DNA of 64,000 nt from Lama guanicoe. Taxonomy: Eukaryota. Position 1 is the first letter of the stretch. Each line of letters starts with the position of its first letter. Both the position numbers and the translations under genes were made by a program. Under the pieces are notes generated by a model. The model saw only the letters and a list, made by a program, of their open reading frames with translations, was not told the origin of the DNA and made no database searches. Positions 1-11,988 of this stretch are shown piece after piece. Location: contig MU054908.1 in assembly GCA_013239625.1 (NCBI GenBank), positions 8,356,144-8,420,143 on the forward strand. The letters run 5' to 3'.

Positions 1-404
1 AATGTCATTCTAAGTGAAGTAAGCCAGAAAGAGAAAGAAAAATACCATATGAGATCGCTCATATGTGGAATCTAAAAACCAAAAACAAACAAACAAACAA
101 AAACAAAGCATAAATACAGGACAGAAATAGACTCACAGAGAATACAGACTTGTGGTTACCAGGGGGGTGGAGGGTGGGAAGGGATAGACTGGGATTTCAA
201 AATTGTAGAATAGATAAACAAAATTACACTGTATAGCACAGGGAAATATACACAAAATGTTATGATAACTCACAGAGAAAAAAATGTGACAATGAGTGTG
301 TATATGTCCATGAATGACTGAAAAATTGTGCTGAACACTGGAATTTGACACAACACTGTAAAATGATTATGAATCAATAAAAAATGTAAAAAATAAAAAA
401 AAAA
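1..404 (+). mobile_element. Young lineage-specific (camelid-type) LINE-1 3' end: ORF2 C-terminus, 3' UTR and A-tail; continues off the left edge
   Basis: Encodes ...ILSEVSQKEKEKYHMRSLICGI* (L1 ORF2 C-terminus), then an (AAAC)n tract, a G-rich 3' UTR, AATAAA and an A-rich tail at about 377-404. Bases 6-284 closely match the reverse complement of 28181-28469. Confidence 0.95.
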
Positions 405-1404
405 GAAGGGGTTGCCTTGGCACCCAAGAGAGCAAAGTTAAATCTGCATAATTCAGCGGTGTTTGAGGTCAGGAAGTTAAGACACAACAAGGCAGAAAAA
501 CTAATGTCTCAGAAGAGGACAAAGAAAACATGAGGGTTCATTCGTATAGAAGAGAGAGGTTTTTTCCTGCTGGGAGGTGATCAAATAGGTCATGTGGTAC
601 TGGACATCCAACCAAACTTTGACAAGAGGGTATGAGAAAGGAGGAAATGCTGTGTTAGAATAAAGCCAGCAACTAGAGTCTATGCTCAATTCTTTAAGAC
701 ATGGTGGTTGCCATTTGCTTAGCGGGGGTTTTTTGTTTTTGTTTTTTACCTTTTAATAATTGGAGGAAGGACTCATAGCACAGCAAGCACATCTGGCAAT
801 TTCAGTGATGGGCTGGAAATGCATAAGCCACAGTGGCCCACCTTCAGCTCTCTTATCCCCCAGGGAATCAGGCCAGCTGACCTGTCATCAGCATTAAAAC
901 AGTGGCCAGTATCTCCTCACTACTGCTGTGTAGTCTATCTGCCCCTCCTTCACCTTGTCTAAATGCCCCTCCGATAGAGAGCATGCAAATGGCACTTCTG
1001 CCCATTTGGAGCGTTACCTGTTCCATATCCAGGTGGAGAGCAGATGGATATTTAGAAGAAATCAGAAGGGCTGAAGTCCTCAGGAGCAAAAGTTCTTTTC
1101 TCCTCTCTGGAGGGGAAGAGGTGGACCCTGGAGGAAAAGAGAAGCTGCTCAGGAAGAGAAGAATATTTTTCTTCATTAAAGGAGCCATGGATAGCCGTGG
1201 CAGGCAGTGTTTCTGGAGGAGGTCCACTTCAAACACCTGTGACACAGCTGAGGCCACGGAGGGCCCCGGCAGGAAGTGGTTGGCACAGACTCAGTTCTTG
1301 CTAGGCCAGGGGTGGAGGACGCTGAAAGGGACCCTGGATTTGGGAGCAGAAAATCTAGGTCCTGGTCTTCCGATTCCAGATTAAATAAGATACTAATGAG
1401 CAAA

Positions 1405-1540
1405 AGTAATATAGCAAATGTGTATAGAATTCCCTAAGTGCCAAGTTCTGTTGTGAGTGCCTTTACATACATTCTTTCTTTTATTCCACTTAGTCTTTGT
1501 AGCAGCTTTATGAGGGACTATCACAATCCCTAGTGTAGAG
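1405..1540 (-). mobile_element. MIR SINE fragment
   Basis: Resembles the reverse complement of the MIR 3' tail (taatatagc...gtgccaag...ctgttgtgagtgc...). Confidence 0.6.
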
Positions 1541-1574
1541 CTGACACATGAAAATAATGCCTGTAGAAGATAAA

Positions 1575-1700
1575 AGCATCTTTATCTGAAGCAGAGGGTA
1601 ATAGTCCCGATGAACTTCCTAGGGCTTTAGGAAGTTCAGATGAGGTCAGATCTGTGAAGCCGTTTTGGAAACTGTAAAGTGCTGTACACCGATAAGGAAC
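1575..1700 (+). mobile_element. MIR/MIR3 fragment
   Basis: atctgaagcagagggtaatag...tgtgaagccgttttggaaactgtaaagtgctgtac, a typical MIR3/MIRc tail. Confidence 0.55.
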
Positions 1701-1909
1701 TCCCTTTACACGACAGTTTACTCACATTTTCCTTCTCTGTCTGTACTGAGCACTTGCAAGGTGACTGGCATGAAGCCATCACTGCAAGGAAAATAGATGA
1801 AAGAGACCCAGCCCCTCCCTCAAAGACTGACCACTCACTATGGGAGGAAAGACACCCAGGTGAATGGCTTCAAAGCAGGGAAGATGGAGTGTCAGGATGC
1901 TGACTCAAC

Positions 1910-2972
1910 ATACATAAGATCATGCCATCTGCAAACAGAGATTAATTTTATTTCTTTCTAGGTTGGATGCATTTTATTTCTTCTTCTTACCTAATTGCTC
2001 TAACTAGGTCTTCCAGTGATATGTTGAATAAAAGTGGCAAGAATAGGCATTCTTGCTTTGTTCCAGACCTTAGAGGAACATTTGAATATAATATTGGTTG
2101 TGGGCTTTTCACACACAGCCTTTATTGTGTTGTGGTAAGTTCTTCCTATACATAATTTTCTCTGAGAAATTTTATCATGAAAGTGTTGAATTTCATCAAA
2201 TGATTATTTTGCACCTATGGAGAAGATCTTGTATTTTTTTCATTCTTTTAATGTGGTTTATCACTGCATCCCAGGGATAAGTCCCACTTGGTCATTGTGC
2301 ATGATCCTTTTAATATGCTATTGAATTTGGTTTGCAAGTATTTTTACTGAGGATTTTAGCATCAATTTTCAATGGAGATATTGACCTGTAGTTTTCTGGG
2401 GGTGTCTTTGTCTAGCTTTGGTATCAGGTTGATGCAGACCTCACAAAATGAGTTTGGAAGTGTTCTCTATTCTTCTAGTTTTGGAAAGAGTTTAAAAGGA
2501 TTGGTATTATCTTTAAATGCTTGGTAGAACTTACCTGTGAGCTATATGGTTTTGAGTTTTTCTTACTTAGGAATATTTTATTTATTGATTCAGCCTCCTT
2601 ATATCTGTTCAGGCTTTCCATTCCTCCTGATTCGGTCTTGGTAGGTTGTATATTTCTAGGAATATGTCCATTTCTTCTAAGTTAACCAATTTGCTGGCAT
2701 ACAATTATTTACAATAGTCCCTTGTTTTATTTCTGTGGCTTTGGTTGTAATATCTCCTCTTCCATTTTTGACTTTATTTACTTGACTCTTTTTTCTTGCT
2801 CTAGCTCAGGTTTATTGATTTTGTTTTTCCTATTTAAAAACTAACTTTCAGTTTTGTTTATTAACAAATTTTTGAGGGGTATTCTCTATTTCAGTTATTT
2901 TTACCCTAATCTTTATCACCTCCTTTCTTTCGCTAACTTTGGGCTTAAGTTTTTCTTCTCTTTTTTTGTTCC
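1910..2972 (-). mobile_element. LINE-1 ORF2 segment (RT region), inverted 5' part of an older L1 (L1MA/L1MB-like)
   Basis: The minus strand at about 1917-1937 reads CTGTTTGCAGATGGCATGATC, a decayed LFADDMI RT catalytic motif. The rest is T-rich antisense ORF2. Confidence 0.9.
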
Positions 2973-3742
2973 TTGAGGCAACCCCTATGGAAAACAGTAC
3001 GGAGGTTTCTCAAAATATTAAAAATAAAACTACCATGTGATCAAGCAATTTCACTTCTGGGTATATATCAAAGAAATTTAAAGCAGATTCTTGAANNNNN
3101 NNNNNNNNNNNNNNNNNNNNNNNNNNNNNNNNNNNNNNNNNNNNNNNNNNNNNNNNNNNNNNNNNNNNNNNNNNNNNNNNNNNNNNNNNNNNNNNNNNNN
3201 NNNNNNNNNNNNNNNNNNNNNNNNNNNNNNNNNNNNNNNNNNNNNNCCTACCACTTGTGACAGTGTGGATGAACTGGAGAATATCACGCTAAGGGAAATA
3301 AACCAGGCAGAAGGACAAATGCTACATGATACAACTTATATGAGGAATCTTAAATAGTCAAACTCATAAAGGCAGAGAGGAGAGGGTGGTTTCCAGGGGC
3401 TAGTGAGTTGGAAAAATGGGAGGTATTTGTCCCAGAGTACAAAGTTTCAATATACAGAGGAATATGATACAGAGAACTGTAGTAAACAACACTGTATTAG
3501 ATACGCTTAAAATTTTGCTGAGAGTGTAGATCTTATGTTAAGTATTCTTATCACTAAATATAAATATAAAACAAAAAAATAAATAAACTGGGTGGTAGGA
3601 AACTTTCGGAGGTAATGGATGTGTTTACGGCATAGGCTGTGGTGATGGTTTCAGGAGTCTGTACTCACCCAAACTCATCAGGTTGTATGCATTAAATATG
3701 TATAGCCTTTTGTATGCTAATCACCCCCAATAAAGTAGTTTG
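2973..3742 (+). mobile_element. LINE-1 ORF2 C-terminus and 3' UTR (L1MA9/L1MB-like), contains an N-run
   Basis: Translates as QPLWKTVRRFLKILKIKLPCDQAISLLGIY (ORF2 C-terminal region). The 3' UTR contains gtagatcttatgttaagtattctt and ends near caataaag. Confidence 0.9.
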
Positions 3743-5298
3743 CTTCCTGATTGTGGGCTGGGAAGGAGGTTTTAGCAAAGGCCCTCTGGGGAGATTGTTT
3801 CAAAGCTGAACCCTGAAAGGTCAGTAACTCTGTTCTGTCTCCTTCTCACTGCTGATTTCCCATTGGACATAATACGGCTGTTACATATTATTAAAAACTT
3901 TTTTTTTTTGGTATTTTACATTAGCCTTAGGATGTATTTGAAGTCCAAAATGAAAACAGTTCTGCTAGCCCTGTTTGGTCATCACAGACTTAAGCCATAC
4001 AACCTTTCAGCAGCTCCACTATCTGTTTATGAACAACAGGCCATCAGGCCAATGAACCATGTTACTGTCATTCCCTTCGTGTTTCTTGAGTCATTTTTCA
4101 TCTCAAGTAGTCAGAAGATAAAGTCGACCCTTCTCCACCTTCCACATCCATCTTCATTCAGTTCACTGTGGTTTCACACAGGGCTGGGCTTTTTGAAATC
4201 TGTTATAAAACACCCGAGAAGAGCTATAACTTTCAAATTTTCCCACAGGGAAATAGGTCTAGTCGATGTAAAGTACCAGCAATTTGACTGTTGGAAGATG
4301 TAATGGTTTTTACATCAATGTGCAGGGTCTGAGGTAGGCACAAGCTCCCAGAAGTAACATATATCACTGGTAGTCAGATGCAAGCTTGTGTATGGAGATT
4401 ACTGACCCAAACAAGCAACGGAAGAGGTGAGGCAGGAAAGCCAAGAGTTTTCTCATGTGGAACTCGCGTTCTCCTCAGGGCTTACTCATGACAGTTTAAA
4501 CACAAGGCAAGGGAGAAGGGCCTCCAGGGGCGGTACCCAGGTCTGATTTCATGAGCACCAGAATGTGTACTCTTCTCCCAGGGAAGATCTGGACTAGCCA
4601 AGCTCATCAAAAATTATAGATTCCCAGTGAAGGATGCCACAGGGACCAGAGTTCATAAATCGTCACAGAACAGTCTTGTCTTAGAGGAAGGTCTTCCTGG
4701 GAAGCTGAACTTTAATCAGAATCTTTCGCATTGAGGATGGCATCATAGTAAAAGGCCTTACACACATCAAATGGTAAGAGCAGCAGGCAGTCTGTCCCAC
4801 AGAAGTTTTAAGTCTAGACTCTAATGGCTTTCTGTCCTCCAGATACTGCTTGGATGGGCATCATTGGTTCTCCTTTCTCTCTAAGACGCTTTTTACTGAC
4901 GCATTTCTGACTAGTCATCCCTCTGCCCTCATTCTTAATGTAGCCTTCTTATTGCTGTTGTTGCCCACGCTGGCTGAACACCAAGTTCTGAAAACGACCT
5001 TAATCTCTCATGGTTTGACCTACTTGATGTGTACAGATTTTAGGAGAGTCTTGTCCCTCAGCTTTCTGATTGGCCTGCCTATACTGTCAGGGCTGTCAGT
5101 GGGCTTGTTGGGGTCGCTGAACATGGGGGAGGAGTCCGAGTGTCCCAACTCTGCCTCTAAATTTCCTGGTTGACTTAGCTACAGATCTGCTGTATGACTA
5201 TATGACTTCTAGGCAGTCAGTGGTTCTGAAACTGACTGAATTTTTGCCTTGGGAACTAAGAAGTTCAGAATCAAATTCGTGGTTTCTTTTACCAACAG

Positions 5299-5330
5299 TG
5301 TGAGATCATGTGAGATCATGTGAGATCATG
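5299..5330. repeat. Perfect 10-bp tandem repeat (TGAGATCATG)x3
   Basis: Read directly from the sequence. Confidence 0.95.
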
Positions 5331-5994
5331 CTAATCTGAGGATATCTGGCTTTTTGTTTTTGTTTTTTGTTCTTTTCCTTAAGTCTGTGCAACAACTGTT
5401 TTCTACCTTTGTATTTTTGTAAGCTGTCTCATTCTATTAAGATACTTCAGAGCTCAGAAATCTCAATGTGCTTGCTAATAATAAATTTCTACATATGAAG
5501 GAAGAAAGGCTGTAAATTTCTTGGAACACTCAAGAAAGGAAGTATAATTTTGTGCAGTTCTTTGAGCTCCTCAGATAGAAAGTGAGATTTTTATAGTCCT
5601 GTGTGAGTGGAATTGTCTTGTCTGCTAGATTTGGCTGGACTCTTGTATAAGTGTGTGGGAGACAGATGGTGGGGATGGAATGGGAGTAGGGAGGACCTCA
5701 TGAGCACAGAGAGGACTTTGTGCACATCAAGAGGACTTCGTGCACATGGGGAGTGTCTCCTGGGTCCAGTGTACATTCTTCCTGCATATTCATGGATGTC
5801 TCCTGGCAAAGAGTGGAAGTGTGGGGAGGGGTGAAGGAGTTAGAACAGACTCAGCGAGTCTCTACTTGAATGTGAAATACTCCAGGGAGAGGCTTCACAG
5901 AAACCTCATTTCTAATCACTGGGAATGTGGGGCCTCCTTGCTTTGTGGGATGTATAGCCTAGCTGACCCTCTGCCTTGGATCATGGGGATCTTT

Positions 5995-6110
5995 AACCTA
6001 ACCTTCCATTGAAAAGATGAAGAAAGTGAGGCTCATGGCATGACTTGTTCAAGATCACTGTTATTTAGTGGCCAAGCCAGGGTATAGTCCTGATGGCCAA
6101 TCTCCCAGCA
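5995..6110 (-). mobile_element. MIR fragment
   Basis: ccattgaaaagatgaagaaagtgaggctc...gacttgttcaagatcac, the reverse complement of the MIR core. Confidence 0.65.
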
Positions 6111-6311
6111 CACTTCGTTTTCCTCAGTCCTAGACCTGGCACTTCTAGCTGTGTCCAGTTTATTCCCTGTTTACTCCTGCATTGTGAACATATCTCTGTC
6201 CTCCCCTCTCCTTACTACCAAATCCTCAAAGGAAAGATCTTGATGGCTATGAACTTTAGAGATAGTAAGATGTCTTCAAGAAATATTTTACAACTGATCA
6301 GCTTCATGTGT

Positions 6312-6488
6312 TTCAGTCAGGGAATGAATTCATCTGCAAGTAAGAGAAAAACAAATAGAAGTGGCATAAGTAATACATAGAGATCTATTTTTCTATCAAG
6401 CAATAAAAAATCCAGAGGTGGTCAGTCCATTTCTGGTACATCATCCATAAATGTGAATGGTGACTCTTAGTCCTCCTATGCTGCTCAG

Positions 6489-6520
<32 letters not shown>

Positions 6521-6521
6521 A

Positions 6522-6555
<34 letters not shown>

Positions 6556-6832
6556 TCAGAGAAACTCTTCTTGATCTCAAGATGGCTGCAGGATCACCAG
6601 CCATCACAATCTTGTTCTAATTAGAAAGCATGGAGAAGGGCAAGGGACACAAAAACATGTGCCATGCACACGGGGATTAAGGACCAACCCCCTCCAAATG
6701 ACTATGTCATATAACCACTCTAGTTGTAAGGGAGGCTGGGGAATGTAGTTTTTAACTGGGTGTTTTGCTACCCCGAATAAAATTGGGGTCACTTAAAAAG
6801 TAAGAGTGTACAATGGATATTGAGTAAAGAAC
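6312..6832 (-). mobile_element. Ancient ERVL/MaLR-class solo LTR (LTR33/MLT1J-L-like)
   Basis: Hallmark segments gcaagtaagagaaaaac, caagatggctgc...ccagccatcac and aagggaggctggggaatgtagttt...ccccgaataaaattgggg...atggatattg. Confidence 0.7.
6495..6548. repeat. Compound (TG)n(AG)n microsatellite
   Basis: Read directly from the sequence. Confidence 0.95.
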
Positions 6833-6837
6833 ATTCT

Positions 6838-6972
6838 CAGCCACTTTTGTAACCATAGGTAAATTAATTAACCCCTTTGAGTTTATGCATCTATAAAATG
6901 GAAATTATACAAGGTTAATTATGGAATGTACTTGGCAAAGTACTGGCACATAGTAAGCATGCAAGAATATAG
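6838..6972 (+). mobile_element. MIR fragment
   Basis: catctataaaatgg...tactggcacatagtaagc. Confidence 0.7.
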
Positions 6973-7309
6973 ATTATTCAGAATATAGAACAATATTGAA
7001 AAGATTGATAGGGTGTAAAAAATTCCCCACCATCTGGGGTAGGGACAAGAACTATTTTGGGCAGAAGGAAAAAGTTGTAAATTTTGGAGCAGATATTTGG
7101 CTTCCTTTTCCAGTTGGCATGTTGAATGATGAGCTTTCTGAGGTGTATGAAACCTTTTGTTCTCCAGGATACCTGTGTGATTTTTAGGGGACTTGAGAGA
7201 GTTAAGATGGGCAGCCTGCTTAGCCATCAGCCCTTCCCAGAAGTCTCTGGGTTCAGGGCTGGGCTAAGCGGCCCTCTGGGAAATTCTCTTGGCATATCTG
7301 TTTCTTCCT

Positions 7310-7412
7310 GGTTACGAGCCATTGAGGACGAGGGCTGTGTCTTAGTCAGCTTTACCTTCCGAGGGCCCAGCACAGTATCAGGGGCATGGTAGGTAGGTAG
7401 TACATGTGTCCC
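7310..7412 (+). mobile_element. L2 3' tail
   Basis: gagggctgtgtctt...cccagcacagtatcaggggcatggtagg. Confidence 0.55.
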
Positions 7413-7704
7413 TCATTGAGGGTAGCTGCTTTGGGTTGACTCCTTCTTCTTTGGCCAGACCGAAACATAACATCCCCATCCCAGGAGACCTTTCTGGAGA
7501 AAGTTCTCTGAAAAATGAGCTAGTCAATAAAGTTTCTTTATGCTTCACTCCCTCAAGGAATGCTCAGATCTCTGAATAGCTTTCAAGTAAAAATGATGGA
7601 ACTTAGAAAGGTGGAAAGATGGGTGGTGCTTCTGATATTTTAGGGAACAGGGCTCTGCTCAGCATCCCCTCACGTTGCTCCAGGGAGTAAGCATCATGCA
7701 GTGG

Positions 7705-7920
7705 GATTCACACCCAGAGCAAAGGTCCTTGAGTCCACTTTTGGTTCTGCCACTTGGTTGCTAGGCTGCTGGTGACGATCAAGCCAATTTCTCAGCCTCC
7801 AATTACTTATCTGTTGCGTGGGGAAAATAATACTCACCATTTCCCACTCCCTCTTGGGGTTGTGGTGAGCCCTGTTGAACAAATGGACGCGAGGGGCTTT
7901 GCACTGAATGTGAGGGACTA
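7705..7920 (+). mobile_element. MIR
   Basis: ggttctgccactt...cagcctccaattacttatctg...ggttgtggtgag. Confidence 0.55.
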
Positions 7921-7979
7921 CCATGGGTGTGACTGACTCTCAAAAAACCAGCTCTGGCCCTTAATATGCAACTGACTGG

Positions 7980-8446
7980 GTGTGTTAACATGATGGGGCT
8001 GCCTTACAGAAGTGCCACAGACTGGGCGGCCTAGGCAACAGAAATGGACCGCCTCACAGTTCTGGAGACTAGGGGTCCGAGACCAAGGAGATGGCAGGGT
8101 GAGTTCCTTTTGAGGGCTATGAGGGGGCATTTGGTCCACACTTCTTGCCTAGATTCTGCTAGTTTACTAGTAACTTGCAGTATTCCTTGGCTTGTAAAAG
8201 TACTGCCCTGACCTCTTCCTTCATCTTCACATGGGTTCTCCCTGGGTGCATGTCTGTTTCTGTGCCTGAATTTCCCCTTTCTATGAGGATAGTGGTCATG
8301 TTGGATTACAGCCCACTCTAATGGCCTCATTTTGACTTCACTGTCTCCATAAAGACCCTATGTCTAAGTTAAGGTCACATTTTGAGGTTTTGGGGTTTAG
8401 GACTTCAACATGTGAATTTGCAGGGACACACAATTTAACCTGTAAT
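7980..8446 (-). mobile_element. MaLR solo LTR (MLT1B/C-like)
   Basis: gctgccttacagaagtgccacagactggg...cacagttctggagactag...tccttggcttgta...ggacttcaacatgtgaattt...caatttaacctgtaa. Confidence 0.85.
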
Positions 8447-8544
8447 GCTGGGGGATAGTAAAAGTTCTATAAGTGAGTTAGTAGATTACCTTTGGTATGA
8501 AGAGCTTTACCTCCATTTACTTCTGACGAACTTTGTGGCTACAG

Positions 8545-8740
8545 TCTCATTTTCTAATTCTGGTTTCAGCACTTTGTAATTCTGTGATCTGTTTGAATTT
8601 TCTGAGTGTCAGTTTTCTCATGAGTGAAATGGGAATATTAGAGGCTTTCTCATAAGGTTGTTGAGAGTATTAAATGAGATGGAGTATGTTAAGTGCCTTA
8701 AATATGTCTCGGCACACTGTGAGTGCCTCAGTGAAGGGCT
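8545..8740 (+). mobile_element. MIR
   Basis: tcagttttctcatgagtgaaatggg...ggttgttgagagtattaaatgagat...ggcacactgtgagtgc. Confidence 0.75.
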
Positions 8741-9214
8741 ATTCCCCTTCTCCATAGAAATGTTAGATAAAGTCAGGAGACCAGGAAGAGGTGATGGTGA
8801 GGATGGTGGGCACCAGGCTTCACAAAACTGTTATGTCAATTTGTCTGGCTCAGTCATTTTCCAGAATAGCATTTTGCGTTTGACAGTTTGGAAATGGAAA
8901 GCAAGCAGTCAGAAAGCTTTTTGAATTGACAGGAGACAAGCTAGCTGATCATCCGTCATCTTAAATTGCCTCCTCTTGATCATACTCTGCTATTTTTTTC
9001 TGATGATTTCACCAATAATGACTCCTACTAACTTTCTATGTGCCTTTGTAAACAAGAGATGATGAATAAGTAAAAATACCCTCCAGACTCTATTTGTGAC
9101 CTTGAAAACTATGTGAGTTCTGATGCATTATTCTAAGATTGCACTTTTGCAAAGCACGTTCAAAACATTAAAAAGTGAAGTTTAGGTGGGTCACTCCTGG
9201 TGCAGTGAGGTAGA

Positions 9215-9370
9215 AGGGGAATTTTAAATCATATGATTCAATCTCCTCATCTTTCAGATGAGGAAACTGAGGAACAGAGAAGCAGGGGGACTTTCCTGAA
9301 GTTACCCAACTAGCCAGAATGTGGACTAGAACCTGGGCATTCCACCTCCCGGTCTTCACTACTCTGTTAC
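9215..9370 (-). mobile_element. MIR
   Basis: tttcagatgaggaaactgagg...ggactagaacctggg. Confidence 0.75.
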
Positions 9371-9714
9371 TTTATGTTCCAGTCTAAGCAGTGTTTCAGG
9401 CAAGTCACTTCTGCTTCCTGGGGTTTGGTCTTTAGAGGCAAGAGGAACTGGACCAGCTGTCTTCTCGGGCCTTTTTTCACAGAGCCACACTCAGACCACT
9501 CCCATGTGTCCGTCTGGCTCCTCAGAGCAGCAGATCCTCCCTCCGCTCCCTCTCACACCATCGAGACCTACACTAATCCAGCTTATGGTAGGCAAACTGG
9601 GACTAAGCAGTGACTTTTAACTCCATGCAGATATCAGTGACCCTAGGCAGGGTATTCACTGTGATGACTAACAACACACAAAGTTTAGAGGAGAAAAATG
9701 TTAATGAGACTTAC

Positions 9715-9935
9715 TATTGTGTAGTGGAAAGTGTACTCTTTAGACTGTGGCCAACTGGAATCCCGCTCTATCTTAGTAGCTGAGCACCCTGGTCAAGTTA
9801 AGCCACTTCACTTAGTCTCAGTTGCTTCATTAATAGTAATAATAAAAATACCTAGGTTGGAAGGTGGTTACATGGAAAATATTCATTATAGTGTTAATAG
9901 TAGCAGCATATTAGCAAAAACATTATAAATGAAAA
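9715..9935 (+). mobile_element. MIR
   Basis: tgtagtggaaagtgtact...ggtcaagttaagccactt...tctcagttgcttcat. Confidence 0.65.
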
Positions 9936-9974
9936 CATTGGACTGGATGGGTGATTTTTAATCTGTTTAGATCT

Positions 9975-10108
9975 GCTGGAAGTGACCTCCCTTCCCAGAT
10001 ACACATACACATACAAATGTGCAAACAGTTTGAGGGGTCATAACATTCTTGAAACCCAGACGTGGGACTTAGGTGGGGGTCCATGGATTCCTAATTAAGG
10101 ACCCCCAG
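9975..10108. mobile_element. Probable hAT-Charlie MITE fragment
   Basis: catacaaatgtgcaaacagtttgaggggtc...tccatggattcctaattaaggacccc resembles Charlie-family MITE termini. Confidence 0.35.
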
Positions 10109-11532
10109 AGAATATCTCTATCAGGTTCCTCCCTGCTTTATTATTGATTCAGTAAACTCACCTAAGCTTGTGTGACAACTCAAGAAGCACACTCTAGATG
10201 TTTCATAAACCAACAGAATCATAATGCAAGAAAAAGACCCTTTGTCAGGGGCCTGAAATAGAGTAAGACTAGGAACTTTGATGGGAGAAAGGAAAAGTCT
10301 CAAATTCTACATTAACTCAGAATCCAGTTAGCAGTTATCCCAAAATTAAGAAATAAAGTGTTCATTATGATTCTACAAAATGAGAAAGTGCCAACCGTGA
10401 AATGCTAGCAGCTTTTAGTGTCTGAGACCCAGAGAGGGAGGAGTGACTCTTGGCCTTCTGGCTAGGTGGACCATGACCACAAGGATTCCATTTGCGAGGG
10501 GATAGGGCTGCCAGGAGTCTCTGGAACCCCTTTGCAAATAAGATGCTGGGTTCTATTATTCCCCAAGGCATTCTTTGTGGAGTTAGGGAGAGTGTGGTGG
10601 TCTGGCTGGCTCGTTTGTTTGTTTTCAAGGGCCTTTAGCAAACTCTGCTCTGAAGCTTCACAGCTCCAGTCGGACGGAGTGAGGACGATGCTCTTGGACA
10701 CTCCTCACTCATTCCCCAGATGTTTACCGAGACTTTCTACACTTAGCACGTTGTGGTAAGCTGTGCTATGAGGGATGCAAAAGCGAACGATTCTTTACGT
10801 TTATTTTTAATGTGGACTGATTTTACTAGTTTATACCCTTTCTGGGGTTCTCTTTCTGGTTAGACTTTTATTCCAGTTATTTTATTTGCAACTTCCAGAA
10901 AGATGGTAAGGGTTGTCCGACAAGAATTTTTGTTCCTATTTTACAGAAGAGCCTGAGGCAAGAGAGCCTGTAGCTGGCTCTGGATTATGGTGGGAGGAAA
11001 GCGTATGTTCCTAAATTTTAATTCAGCCACTTTCAATTGTACAGGATTGCCCTCTGCTTGCTTGATTTAAAATGAGAGAGACTTTATATACATACCGACT
11101 GTAACACAAGTCAATAAAAGGAAACTGTGGGGTCAGAGATAAAGAGGATTTGTTTCAACTGGCCAAGGTGAGGGAGCAGGGGAGTCTCAAGGGGGTTGTT
11201 GATTTTTTCTTCTTGCTATTGCCCACAGAGACTGGGAAAAAGAGGACTGAAGAATCTCTTTCCTTCTTCCAATCTCAAGGAGATTTGTAGTTGATCCATA
11301 TCTGTACAGCACCTACTTGGCTAGTTTGCTGCTAAAGTACTTTATTCATCCCTGGAACAAACATTGACTGCTCACCCCTCTCAGCCACCACTCTCATGAT
11401 GGAGTAGGAAGCTTTACATTGACAGTAATAATTCCAACACACGCACACATACACATATGCATGCACACACACGCTTATACTTTCCCTTCCTGCTGAGCCA
11501 AAATTTTCTGTTTGGATACCCATCACTGAGTC

Positions 11533-11988
11533 TGTATTAATTTCCTGAGGCTGCCATATCAAAGCATCATAAACTTATTTTCTCACAGTTCTGGAAGCCC
11601 AAAGTCTGAAATCAAGGTATTGCAAGGGTTGGTTCCTACCAGAGGCCCTGAGGAAGAGTCTATTTCTTGCATCTCTTCTAGATTCCGGTAGTTGCTGGCA
11701 AGCATTGACGGTCCATGGTTTGTAGCTGCATCACTCTGGTTTCTGTATCCATCTTCACATTGCCTTCTCCTCTGTGTCTGTGTATCCCAAATCTTTCTCT
11801 CCTTTCTCTTATAAGGACACCAACCGTTTGCTTTATGGTTCACTCTGAATCCAGGATGATCTCATCCTGAGATCCTTAACTCAGTTTTATCTACAAAGAC
11901 CCTATTTCCAAATAAAGTCACGTTCACAAGTATAGTGGTTATGACTCACACATATGTTTTTGGGTGATGTTACTCAACCCATTTCAGT
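11533..11988 (-). mobile_element. MaLR solo LTR (MLT1C-like)
   Basis: tgtattaatttcctgagggctgcc...ctcacagttctggaagcccaaagtctgaaatcaagg...cttataaggacacc...caaagaccctatttccaaataaagtcac. Confidence 0.9.

Larger units (their letters stand above)
1715..3830 (-). mobile_element. L2 LINE fragment split by the L1 at 1910-3742 (L2 parts about 1715-1905 and 3745-3830)
   Basis: Left part: actgagcact...cccctccctcaaag...gggaggaaagaca. Right part: aaggccctctggggagattgtttcaaagctgaaccctgaa. These are consecutive parts of the reverse-complemented L2 3' consensus. Confidence 0.55.

Noticed and set aside
868-1384. Overlapping ORFs of 129-160 aa
   Set aside because: No recognisable domain, no supporting splice structure, and ORFs on both strands; consistent with chance in non-coding DNA.
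3863-4303. 146-aa ORF
   Set aside because: Non-ATG start, no recognisable homology and no convincing exon structure.
7980-11988. Two same-orientation MLT1 LTRs as the ends of one provirus
   Set aside because: The sequence between them contains older MIR and L2 elements rather than MaLR internal sequence, so they are independent solo LTRs.
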